Shown: in pieces, positions 30,228-38,132 of the stretch | Layout: the number at the start of each line of letters is the position of its first letter | Position numbering within the stretch: the first letter of the stretch is position 1 | From: an uncultured Gemmatimonadaceae bacterium | GTDB lineage: Bacteria; Gemmatimonadota; Gemmatimonadetes; Gemmatimonadales; Gemmatimonadaceae | Assembly: GCA_963781585.1 (NCBI GenBank) | Contig: CAWAGQ010000011.1 | Span: 128,001-192,000 of the forward strand | Length of the DNA stretch: 64,000 nucleotides | Direction of reading: 5' to 3' | Translations under genes and position numbers: made by a program | The notes under the pieces: model-generated | Databases searched by the model: none | What the model saw: the letters and a program-made list of their open reading frames with translations, nothing else | What the model was told of the DNA's origin: nothing

Positions 30228-31621
30228 GCGTGGCTCCTCTCACCGACGGCCGGACCCGAGCGCGCCTGCCACGTGGCATCGCTGATCCGGATCAGATCCT
30301 CCCGCGGCAGCTGCTCCAGTAGCGTCCAACCGAGCTGCAACGTGTCCTGCATGGACCGTCGGTGCGTTCCCTGCGCCACGAACTCGCGCTCGAATCGCTC
30401 GGCGAACGCGAGCGCGCGCCGGTCTTCCGGCGGCAGCCCGCCCTCGCCGAGTATCGCGGCCATCGTTCGCGCCTCGCGGCCGCGCGCGTACGTGGCGTAG
30501 AGCTGGTCCGACCACTCGCGGTGATCGGCACTGGTCTTGTCCCGTCCGATGCCGGCGTTCATGAGTCGCGAGAGTGACGGAAGCACGTCGACCGGTGGAT
30601 ACAATCCGCGTCGATGCATCTCGCGATCGAGCACGATCTGTCCTTCGGTGATGTATCCGGTGAGATCGGGAATCGGGTGCGTGATGTCATCGTCAGGCAT
30701 GGTGACGATGGGGATCTGCGTGATGGAGCCGGACCGGCCGCTCAGCACGCCGGCCCGCTCGTAGAGACTGGCCAGGTCGGTGTACATGTAGCCCGGATAG
30801 CCCCGCCGGCCCGGGATCTCCTCGCGCGCGGTCGCGATCTCGCGGAGCGCCTCGCAGTAGTGCGTGAGATCGGCGATCACCACCAGCACGTGCATCCCCA
30901 TGTCGAACGCCAGGAATTCCGCGGCCGTGAGACCGAACCGCGGCGCGAGCAGACGCTCGACCGCCGGATGACTGGCTTCGTTGAGAAACAGCGTGGTCCG
31001 CTCCAGCGCGCCGCTGCCGCGGAAGCGGTCGAGAAACTCGTCGGTTTCGCGCGCGGTGATGCCGACCGCCACGAACACCACCGCGAACGGCTCGCCGTGC
31101 GGCGCGCGTGCGCCCTCGACGATCTGGGCCGCCAGCTGCAATCCGGGAAGCCCCGGTCCGGCGAAGATCGGAAGCTTCTGCCCCCGCACCAGGGTATTGA
31201 GTCCGTCGATCGCCGAGATGCCGGTCTCGATGAAGTCGTTAGGCCTGGCGCGGCGCGCGGGGTTCATCGGCGCCCCTTCCACGGAGCGGATCGCCTCGCC
31301 CACCGGCGGCGGCAGCCCGTCCACCGGAACGCCCGCCCCGCTGAACGCGCGCCCCAGCAGCTCGCGTCCCACGACCGAGGTCGCCACATCGCCCGTCAGC
31401 GTGATGTCCGCGATCATGGGGGCGAGACCGACCGTGTCGTCGAGCACCTGCACTACCGTGAACCGCTCACCCGCCTCGATCACCTGCCCCCGCCGGTCGA
31501 CCTGACCGGGCGCCCGAACGGTGACCCATTCTCCCAGCGCGGCGCGATGCGTGCCGCCCAGAAACAGGAGTGGCCCCGCCGCCGACCGCGCGCCGCGATA
31601 GGTGCGTGGAATCCGGCTCAC
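30224..31621 (-). CDS. V/A-type ATP synthase subunit B
   Basis: TGISAIDGLNTLVRGQKLPIF, PGRRGYPGYMYTDLA, DDITHPIPDLTGYITEGQI. Confidence 0.96.
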   Translation of the reverse strand: MSRIPRTYRGARSAAGPLLFLGGTHRAALGEWVTVRAPGQVDRRGQVIEAGERFTVVQVLDDTVGLAPMIADITLTGDVATSVVGRELLGRAFSGAGVPVDGLPPPVGEAIRSVEGAPMNPARRARPNDFIETGISAIDGLNTLVRGQKLPIFAGPGLPGLQLAAQIVEGARAPHGEPFAVVFVAVGITARETDEFLDRFRGSGALERTTLFLNEASHPAVERLLAPRFGLTAAEFLAFDMGMHVLVVIADLTHYCEALREIATAREEIPGRRGYPGYMYTDLASLYERAGVLSGRSGSITQIPIVTMPDDDITHPIPDLTGYITEGQIVLDREMHRRGLYPPVDVLPSLSRLMNAGIGRDKTSADHREWSDQLYATYARGREARTMAAILGEGGLPPEDRRALAFAERFEREFVAQGTHRRSMQDTLQLGWTLLEQLPREDLIRISDATWQARSGPAVGERSHA

Positions 31622-33519
31622 GGTGTCCCTCCGTCACGCGCGTCATCGGACGTCGCGGGGCCTTCGCCGCTGACCTCCGACCTCTGGTCTGTGGCTTGTT
31701 GCTGGCCTGTGGCCTGTGGCCTCTGAGCTTTGGCCTGGATCCAGCAACTCTCCGCGGCGCGCTCCGCCGCCAGCGCCCGCCCCTCCACCTCCTCCGGCCC
31801 CGCATCGCGCAACAGCAGCAACGCCCGACGCACCGGCTCCAGTCGAAGCTGCGCCATCGTCGCGCCGCCGTCGAGCGCCGCCTGCGACGAGCGCTGCAAC
31901 GCCCACACGGCCTTCGCCAGCTCGTACGTCTTCCGCACCGACGACGATCCGTCGTGCCGGTGATAGGCGTTCTGCCGCAGCATCACTTCACGCACGATCG
32001 CCGTGATCTCGATCGTGAGCCGGTCCCGCGGCTCCAGCGCGTCGGCCCCCACCAGCGACGCGATGTCCCGCAGCTCGCGCTCTCGCTGCAGCAGCGCCAT
32101 CAGTTCGTTCCGCAACTCCGGCCAGTCGGGCCCTACCTCCGCCACGAACCACTGCGCGCAGGCGTCGGCGTAGAGCGAGTAGCTGGTGTCCCAGTTCACC
32201 GCCGGGAAATGTCGCTGATGCGCCAGCGACGGGTCGAGCGCCCACAGCGCACCGGTCACCCGCAGCGCGGCCTGCGTGACCGGCTCCGAAAAGTCGCCGC
32301 CCGGTGGCGAAATGGCGCTCACGATCGTCACGGCGCCGTCGCGCTCCGGCGCGCCTGACGCGCGCACCCGGCCGGCGCGCTCGAAGAACTGGCCGAGCCG
32401 GGTTGCCAGGTAGGGCGGAAATCCCTCTTCCCCGGGCATCTCCTGCAGCCGGGCCGAGATCTCGCGCAACGCCTCCGCCCACCGCGACACACTGTCCACC
32501 ATCATCGCCACCCGATACCCCATGTCGCGGAAATACTCCGCCACCGTGGCCCCGAGATAGATCGATGCCTCGCGCGCGGCCACCGGCATGTTCGACGTGT
32601 TCACCACCAGCACCGCGCGGTCCATGATCGAGCGACCGGTCCGCGGATCCACCAGCTTCGGGAACTCCTCGAGCACCTCGGTCATCTCGTTGCCGCGCTC
32701 ACCGCATCCCACGAACACGACCACATCGGCATCCGAGAACTTCGCCAGCGAATGCTCGATGACCGTCTTGCCGGTCCCGAAGCCGCCGGGCGCTGCGGCA
32801 CTCGCCCCCTCCGCTACCGGGAAGAAGAAATCGAACACCCGCTGTCCGGTGATGAACGGCCGGTCGCCCGGAAGCCGGCGCGCGATGGGCCGGGGAATGC
32901 GCACCGGCCACCGGTGCGCGAGCCGCAACGATGTCCCGTCCTGAAGCGCACCGATCTCCTCGTCCACCGAGAACTCGCCAGCGCGGAGTTCGACAATCGT
33001 CCCCGACACGTCCGGCGGCACGAGCACCCGATGCAGAAGTCCGGGGCGCTCGTCCACCGCCCCGAGCACGCACCCGCCGGTCACCTTGTCGCCGGCGGCC
33101 AGCGCCGGCTCGAAACGCCAGCGCTGCGCCCGGTCGAGCGTGTCCGCGCGCGCGCCGGGCGCGAGATAGTCGCCGGCAATCGCGGCCAGACGGTCAAGCG
33201 GCCGCCCCGTTCCGTCGAGAATGGACCCGATCAGTCCCGGGCCGAGCTGCGCGGTGAGCGTGCTCCGCGTCAGGCTCACCGGTTCGCCCAGCGCCAGCCC
33301 GCGTGTATCCTCGTAGACCTGGAGCGTCGCCGTGTCGCCGTCGAGGCGAATCACCTCACCCAGCAGCTTGCGTTCGCCCACCAGCGCCATCTCGTACAGA
33401 AACGCCTCACGCGCTGGCCGTGCCTCCACCAGCACCCCGGATATCCGTACCACGTGCGCCGTGCCCGACGCGGCCTTCACCGGGGCGCCGCCTGACGAGG
33501 GAACCGCCGGCGCGCTCAC
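31618..33519 (-). CDS. V/A-type ATP synthase subunit A
   Basis: Walker A GGFGTGKT, GCGERGNEM, NTSNMPVAAREAS, SPPGGDFSEPVT. GTG start overlaps the subunit F stop. Confidence 0.96.
   Translation of the reverse strand: MSAPAVPSSGGAPVKAASGTAHVVRISGVLVEARPAREAFLYEMALVGERKLLGEVIRLDGDTATLQVYEDTRGLALGEPVSLTRSTLTAQLGPGLIGSILDGTGRPLDRLAAIAGDYLAPGARADTLDRAQRWRFEPALAAGDKVTGGCVLGAVDERPGLLHRVLVPPDVSGTIVELRAGEFSVDEEIGALQDGTSLRLAHRWPVRIPRPIARRLPGDRPFITGQRVFDFFFPVAEGASAAAPGGFGTGKTVIEHSLAKFSDADVVVFVGCGERGNEMTEVLEEFPKLVDPRTGRSIMDRAVLVVNTSNMPVAAREASIYLGATVAEYFRDMGYRVAMMVDSVSRWAEALREISARLQEMPGEEGFPPYLATRLGQFFERAGRVRASGAPERDGAVTIVSAISPPGGDFSEPVTQAALRVTGALWALDPSLAHQRHFPAVNWDTSYSLYADACAQWFVAEVGPDWPELRNELMALLQRERELRDIASLVGADALEPRDRLTIEITAIVREVMLRQNAYHRHDGSSSVRKTYELAKAVWALQRSSQAALDGGATMAQLRLEPVRRALLLLRDAGPEEVEGRALAAERAAESCWIQAKAQRPQATGQQQATDQRSEVSGEGPATSDDARDGGTP
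31671..31737 (+). repeat. Degenerate heptamer tract (TGRCCTN) inside the 3' end of the subunit A gene
   Basis: TGACCTC CGACCTC TGGTCTG TGGCTTG ... TGGCCTG TGGCCTG TGGCCTC TGAGCTT TGGCCTG. Confidence 0.75.
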
Positions 33520-33842
33520 TGCAGCCTCACCCGGTAGCCGATGGCCCGGCGCAGCAACTCGAGCACGTAGGACTCCGCTCCCTCCGCCCGTTCCTCCCAG
33601 GCAGGAGCCGGGAAGGGCACGATCACCGGCATCGGCCGCGCCAGCAGTTCCTGCCGCTCGGCGTCCGGCATGGCGTCGAGCAGTCCCTGCTCCACGAGCA
33701 GCACCCCGACGTCGGAGCGGTCGGCGAACGCCTGGAGGAGCGCCGCTCCGTGGACGGCGTCGCTTGCCTCCGTGGTCGGGAGCCCCGCGAGCGAGAACCC
33801 CGTGCAGGCGGCCGGGCCGCCGATCACGCGCAGACCCGTCAT
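33516..33842 (-). CDS. V/A-type ATP synthase subunit F
   Basis: VIGG....GFSLAGL, DVGVLLV, LLRRAIGY. Confidence 0.88.
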   Translation of the reverse strand: MTGLRVIGGPAACTGFSLAGLPTTEASDAVHGAALLQAFADRSDVGVLLVEQGLLDAMPDAERQELLARPMPVIVPFPAPAWEERAEGAESYVLELLRRAIGYRVRLQ

Positions 33843-34870
33843 ATGGTAGTGAGCAGATCGCCTGGTCCGGCCGCTGGCGCACCAAGCGCCACTCGCCAGA
33901 TGATGAGGCGCAGGTCGCGCAGTTCGGCGCGAAGTCGCAGCAAAAAGGCGACGAGCGGCGCCACCCCGAGCGGACTGCGACGCGCCGCGGCGATGGATTC
34001 GCGGAGCTGCGCGGACAGCGCCGCCGCCTCCCACGAACTGCGACGCGCGGCGCTCAGCACGCCGGAGAGGGCACCCCCGCGGAAGAAACGCTCCAGCACC
34101 GCCTCGGCGGCTGGAACGTCAGGCGAGCGCGCGGCGGCGATAAACGACGCCTGATCAAGGCCCCGCCCGCCGGGGATGAAGAACGACGCGGGATCGACAC
34201 TCGTCGGTTCGGCTGCGAGCTGCACGACGGTCCATGTGTTCTCCACGTCGATGCCGCGGCGCACGAATGCCTCCAGGTCGCGCCGCGCGCCATCGGCCCG
34301 TGGAGCCCGGTGCACTGCGCGAAGGGCTGTCGCCGCGTAGCAACGGTTCACCGTCAGTTCGAGACGCAGCAGGTCGGGATGTGGCGCCCGCGATTCCGGG
34401 AGCAGCGGCTGCCCGAACGGATGTCCCCATACCGAGAGCAATGCGGCCACCTGGCCCACCGATGCCTGACGAGCGAGTTCCTGGAGCGCGCGTTCCGGCA
34501 GCGCCGGCGTGGCCACCAGCCCCGCCATGCGTTCCCCCTCGGGCCTGCCGGCCGCGGCGCCCCGCAGCATGGCACGCACGCTGCGCCGGTCCTCGTCGAG
34601 AAAGATCGGCGCCAGCAACGGCGCGCGGTCGCCGCTCCAGCGGGCGATGATGTGGAGATACCCGGCGGCGGTGCGACGCTCCGCCAGCTCGAGGCGCTCG
34701 GGTCCGGGCGCGACTTCCTCGAGGAGCACCTCACTCCGGGCTTCAGCGAAGGCCCTGGCGAGCTGCGGGAGATCACGAGCGTGCGCAAACGCGGCGAGTC
34801 TGGCGTGCCCCAGCAGATGCGTCGTCAGGCCACGCACCCGCGCCGCGATATCCTCCCAGCCACGTCTCAC
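33839..34870 (-). CDS. V/A-type ATP synthase subunit C (d)
   Basis: ARVRGL...LL, IDVEN, E.RDLRLI; position between E and F. Confidence 0.82.
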   Translation of the reverse strand: MRRGWEDIAARVRGLTTHLLGHARLAAFAHARDLPQLARAFAEARSEVLLEEVAPGPERLELAERRTAAGYLHIIARWSGDRAPLLAPIFLDEDRRSVRAMLRGAAAGRPEGERMAGLVATPALPERALQELARQASVGQVAALLSVWGHPFGQPLLPESRAPHPDLLRLELTVNRCYAATALRAVHRAPRADGARRDLEAFVRRGIDVENTWTVVQLAAEPTSVDPASFFIPGGRGLDQASFIAAARSPDVPAAEAVLERFFRGGALSGVLSAARRSSWEAAALSAQLRESIAAARRSPLGVAPLVAFLLRLRAELRDLRLIIWRVALGAPAAGPGDLLTTI

Positions 34871-35451
34871 GGCGTCACGCCGGCGCGCGCCAGCAGCGCG
34901 ATCGACAGTGCCGGGCGGAGGCGGCGCACACGCTGCACGAGAGTGTTGTCCACTCGCATCGATCCGTCTCCCGCCTCGAGCACGACCCCCGCGGCGACCG
35001 ACTCATCGATCTCGACATGCGCCGAGCGCGATCCGCCAAGTGCCGCGCGAACAGCGGGAACGAGTACAGCCGGACACCGCGCCACGAGCCCCGCATCCGG
35101 GAAGAATCCGGCGGCCTCGCGAACCAATGCGTCGACAACAGCCGTTCCCTCCGGTTCGGTGACCGCCCTAGCGAGTCGTGCCTCCACTCCGTCGAAGACG
35201 CGGTCGAGGAATCGCTGTCGAGCCTCCAGTACGCGCACGCGTGCCTCGTGCACGGCATGCGCACGCTCCGCGTCCGCCTGCCGGGCGAGCTCCGAATCAC
35301 GCGCCGCGACTGCCGCCTCGCATCGTTGCTCCACCAGCGCCGCCGCGTCGCCACCGATGCGCCCGGCTTCGGCGCGCGCAGCCTCCAGAATTGCGCGCAC
35401 CTCATTGTCCGCGTCGCGCGCCAGCGACTCCAGCAGGGTGTCGAGCGCCAT
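34867..35451 (-). CDS. V/A-type ATP synthase subunit E
   Basis: MALDTLL coiled-coil N-terminus, then GVVLEAGDGSMRVDNTL. Confidence 0.85.
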   Translation of the reverse strand: MALDTLLESLARDADNEVRAILEAARAEAGRIGGDAAALVEQRCEAAVAARDSELARQADAERAHAVHEARVRVLEARQRFLDRVFDGVEARLARAVTEPEGTAVVDALVREAAGFFPDAGLVARCPAVLVPAVRAALGGSRSAHVEIDESVAAGVVLEAGDGSMRVDNTLVQRVRRLRPALSIALLARAGVTP

Positions 35452-35461
35452 CCGCCCGGTC

Positions 35462-35680
35462 TCAGCCGCCGCGCAGGATCATCATCATCGCGACCACGAA
35501 TCCCAGAATGGTCATCGTCTCGGGAATGGCCACCAGGATGACGATCGTGTTGGTGAGCTCCGGCTTCTCCGCCAGCGTCGCCGCGCCGGCCGCACCGATG
35601 CGCGACTGCGCCCAGGCGGTGGCGATGGCCGAAATGGCCATGACCAGCGCCGCGGCCAGGGGAATCCACATCGTAGTCAT
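35462..35680 (-). CDS. V/A-type ATP synthase subunit K (c), single hairpin
   Basis: 72-aa two-helix proteolipid with AWAQSRIGAAG and AIPET (essential Glu). Confidence 0.92.
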   Translation of the reverse strand: MTTMWIPLAAALVMAISAIATAWAQSRIGAAGAATLAEKPELTNTIVILVAIPETMTILGFVVAMMMILRGG

Positions 35681-35699
35681 GCACGCTCCAGCGCAAAGG

Positions 35700-37595
35700 T
35701 CATTTCGAACTCACCGACGGCGTGGGCCGCCAGTGCGCCAACGGCTGATACGGTCGTCCACCCGGACTGTAGAACTTCCCGAAGAACTCCACGTAATGCA
35801 GTCGCAACGCATGGATCGTCGGACTGAAGATCCCGATCGCGAAATTCACGAGGTGAAAGAGCAGGGCGAACAGAAACCCCACCACCGTACTGCCGACGGC
35901 GCCGGCCATGCGATTGGCGACCACCGCCAGCATCACACTCGCCACGCCGAGTGCCATCACGCGCGCGTAGGACAGGATGTTTCCGAGCGTCGAGAGAAAC
36001 TCCACCGGCGCGATGATGCCTTCAACCGCCACCAGCAGCGGGAACGCGACCAGCAGAGCCACCACGCTCGGCGTGAGGAAGGCGCGCGGCAGGACTTCCA
36101 GCGCGGCGAGCAACGACAGGACGATCAGGACGACCATCACCGCCGATACGCCGTTGCCGATGGCGTGTCGGCGTTCGTGACGCCAACGCGTCAGCGCGCC
36201 GAGTACCAGGCCGAGTACGATGTGCACCACCCCCAGGCCGACCGCCACCAGCAGAAACGCGAACAGCGCCTCCTCGCGATCGAACAGGATCGCACGCATG
36301 CCGAACGCATGTCGACCGAAGTCGCCGAAGAATTCGCCGAACAGCACGCCGCACACGATCGCGACTGCCGCGCACGGACCCATGATCTCCGCCGCTGTGC
36401 GCGCAAACGAGCCCGGCTTGGCACGGGCGTGCAGTACCAGTCCGAGTGCGACGAGAATCAGCCCGTATCCCACGTCTCCGAGAATCAGCCCGAAGAACAC
36501 CGGGAAGAAGACGCCGACGAACGGCGTCGGATCGATCGATCCATAACGAGGCAGCGGCATCATCCGCACCAGGGACTCGAACGGACGGAACAGGCGCGGA
36601 TTGGTGAGAACCACCGGCGCGTCCTGTCCAACCCAGTCCTCGGTGGCCAGTTCTTCCACCGCGACCAGAGGGCCGAGGGTCTTCGACAGCAGCTCCAGCA
36701 GCCGCGCTTTGTGAATCTCCGGCACCCATCCGTCGATGGCGAACAGCCGCGCGGTGGTGCCGCAGTGTGCGAACGCGTCGAGCGTCGTGAGCGCGTCGTG
36801 GGCCGCTACCCGCGCGCGCTCCAGCTCGGGGCCATCCTCGCGCGCAATAGCGCGTAATGCGCGAGCCGCTTCCCCTTCCTCGCGCGGGATGGCGCCGAGC
36901 CGCGCCATCATCATCGGCACTGCCTCGGTCAGCGACCGCGCGCGGAACTCGGAAGGAAGCGGCACCTCGGGAAGTCGAGCCTCGGTGAGCATTCGCTCGA
37001 TCTTCTCGGCCGACCGCGCCGGCATCACGATCAGCACGACGATGTCTCCGCTGCGCAGCGGCTGCATGGTCACCGCCAGATCGCCGTTCCCGCGGGCCCG
37101 CATGGCGGCGATCACCTCCTCGGCCGCCGATCGCTCCGCGGCCGGGATCACCACCGCGTGCGTAACCACCCGTGGCATCCGCGCGAGCTTCTTCAGTTGC
37201 GGTCCCAGCGCGTCCAGGAGCTCCCGATACCGCTGGATGAGGGCCCGCTCCTCCCGAAGCCGCACCTGCGAGGCGAGCAGCTCGGCGACGCGCCCGCGGA
37301 CCCGGAGGGCACGCCGCGCCCATCGCGCCAGGTCCGACACCTCCGCCGGCGCGGCCGCGGGTGCCATCTCCTGATGAAACCCGAGGGCTTCCAGCGAGAA
37401 CTGGATGTCATCCACCAGTCGAACGAGCTGACGACGCCGTCGCAGATCGCGCGGCGAAAGAGCCATTGGTGCCAGAGGCTCGTGCGGCGTACTCTCCGCC
37501 AGGTGCAGCAGACCAAAGTCCTGCAGCACGCGCAGCGTTTCGGCCAGGCGTTCGCGCGCCCCGACCACGCGGATCTTCGCCATGCGCACGATCAC
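35700..37595 (-). CDS. V/A-type ATP synthase subunit I (a)
   Basis: DPTP..FFPVFFGLILGDVGYG, LSYARVMAL, IHALRLHYVEFF.KFY. Confidence 0.95.
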   Translation of the reverse strand: MIVRMAKIRVVGARERLAETLRVLQDFGLLHLAESTPHEPLAPMALSPRDLRRRRQLVRLVDDIQFSLEALGFHQEMAPAAAPAEVSDLARWARRALRVRGRVAELLASQVRLREERALIQRYRELLDALGPQLKKLARMPRVVTHAVVIPAAERSAAEEVIAAMRARGNGDLAVTMQPLRSGDIVVLIVMPARSAEKIERMLTEARLPEVPLPSEFRARSLTEAVPMMMARLGAIPREEGEAARALRAIAREDGPELERARVAAHDALTTLDAFAHCGTTARLFAIDGWVPEIHKARLLELLSKTLGPLVAVEELATEDWVGQDAPVVLTNPRLFRPFESLVRMMPLPRYGSIDPTPFVGVFFPVFFGLILGDVGYGLILVALGLVLHARAKPGSFARTAAEIMGPCAAVAIVCGVLFGEFFGDFGRHAFGMRAILFDREEALFAFLLVAVGLGVVHIVLGLVLGALTRWRHERRHAIGNGVSAVMVVLIVLSLLAALEVLPRAFLTPSVVALLVAFPLLVAVEGIIAPVEFLSTLGNILSYARVMALGVASVMLAVVANRMAGAVGSTVVGFLFALLFHLVNFAIGIFSPTIHALRLHYVEFFGKFYSPGGRPYQPLAHWRPTPSVSSK

Positions 37596-37963
37596 GTGGT
37601 TGGCTCCGGGCCCTCGATCCGCAGCACTCGCTCCACCACGAAGTCCACCAGCCCGGCTATCCCGGCCTCATCCCACGCGGCGAAATCGGCTGCCCGGCGA
37701 TCGGCATCGCCCACGATTTCAGCCAGCGCTGCGCGAAGGCTCTCTCCACGCCGCGACTCCAGCAGCCGGATGCGCTCTTCTATGGTTGAGGCACAGGCGT
37801 GGTCGGCCAGTCCCGCCGCGTCCCGCGCGCGGCGCACGATCTCCCCGGCTTCATCACGTGCCGCATCGAGGCGCGCCGCGAGGCGATCCTCTGCCTCCAG
37901 CAGCGTCGCGAGCATGTCGTCGGGCGTATCCGTCGTGCTGCCCTTCTGCTTCTCGTGCCGCAT
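37592..37963 (-). CDS. Probable V/A-type ATP synthase subunit H/G (peripheral stalk)
   Basis: Helical Ala/Glu/Arg-rich protein; first gene of the operon, with its stop overlapping the subunit I start. Confidence 0.7.
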   Translation of the reverse strand: MRHEKQKGSTTDTPDDMLATLLEAEDRLAARLDAARDEAGEIVRRARDAAGLADHACASTIEERIRLLESRRGESLRAALAEIVGDADRRAADFAAWDEAGIAGLVDFVVERVLRIEGPEPTT

Positions 37964-38132
37964 GCTCCTCCCGAACGCGGGGGCGGGGGCGGGGCGGACG
38001 CGACCGACGACGCAGCCACACCGCATGCTGACGGTGAGCCCGCCGCAGCACCTTCGAGCGGACGCTACTCCGCCCCGGGAGCACTGAATAGGCGGGGAAA
38101 GGCTCCGACGTGTCGGGTAAAGCCGGACAGGT

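Noticed and set aside
33332..35827. 831-aa plus-strand ORF, and similar long ORFs at 35178-36857, 57822-60140 and 25067-26560
   Set aside because: All lie antisense to well-supported genes and show no family motifs.
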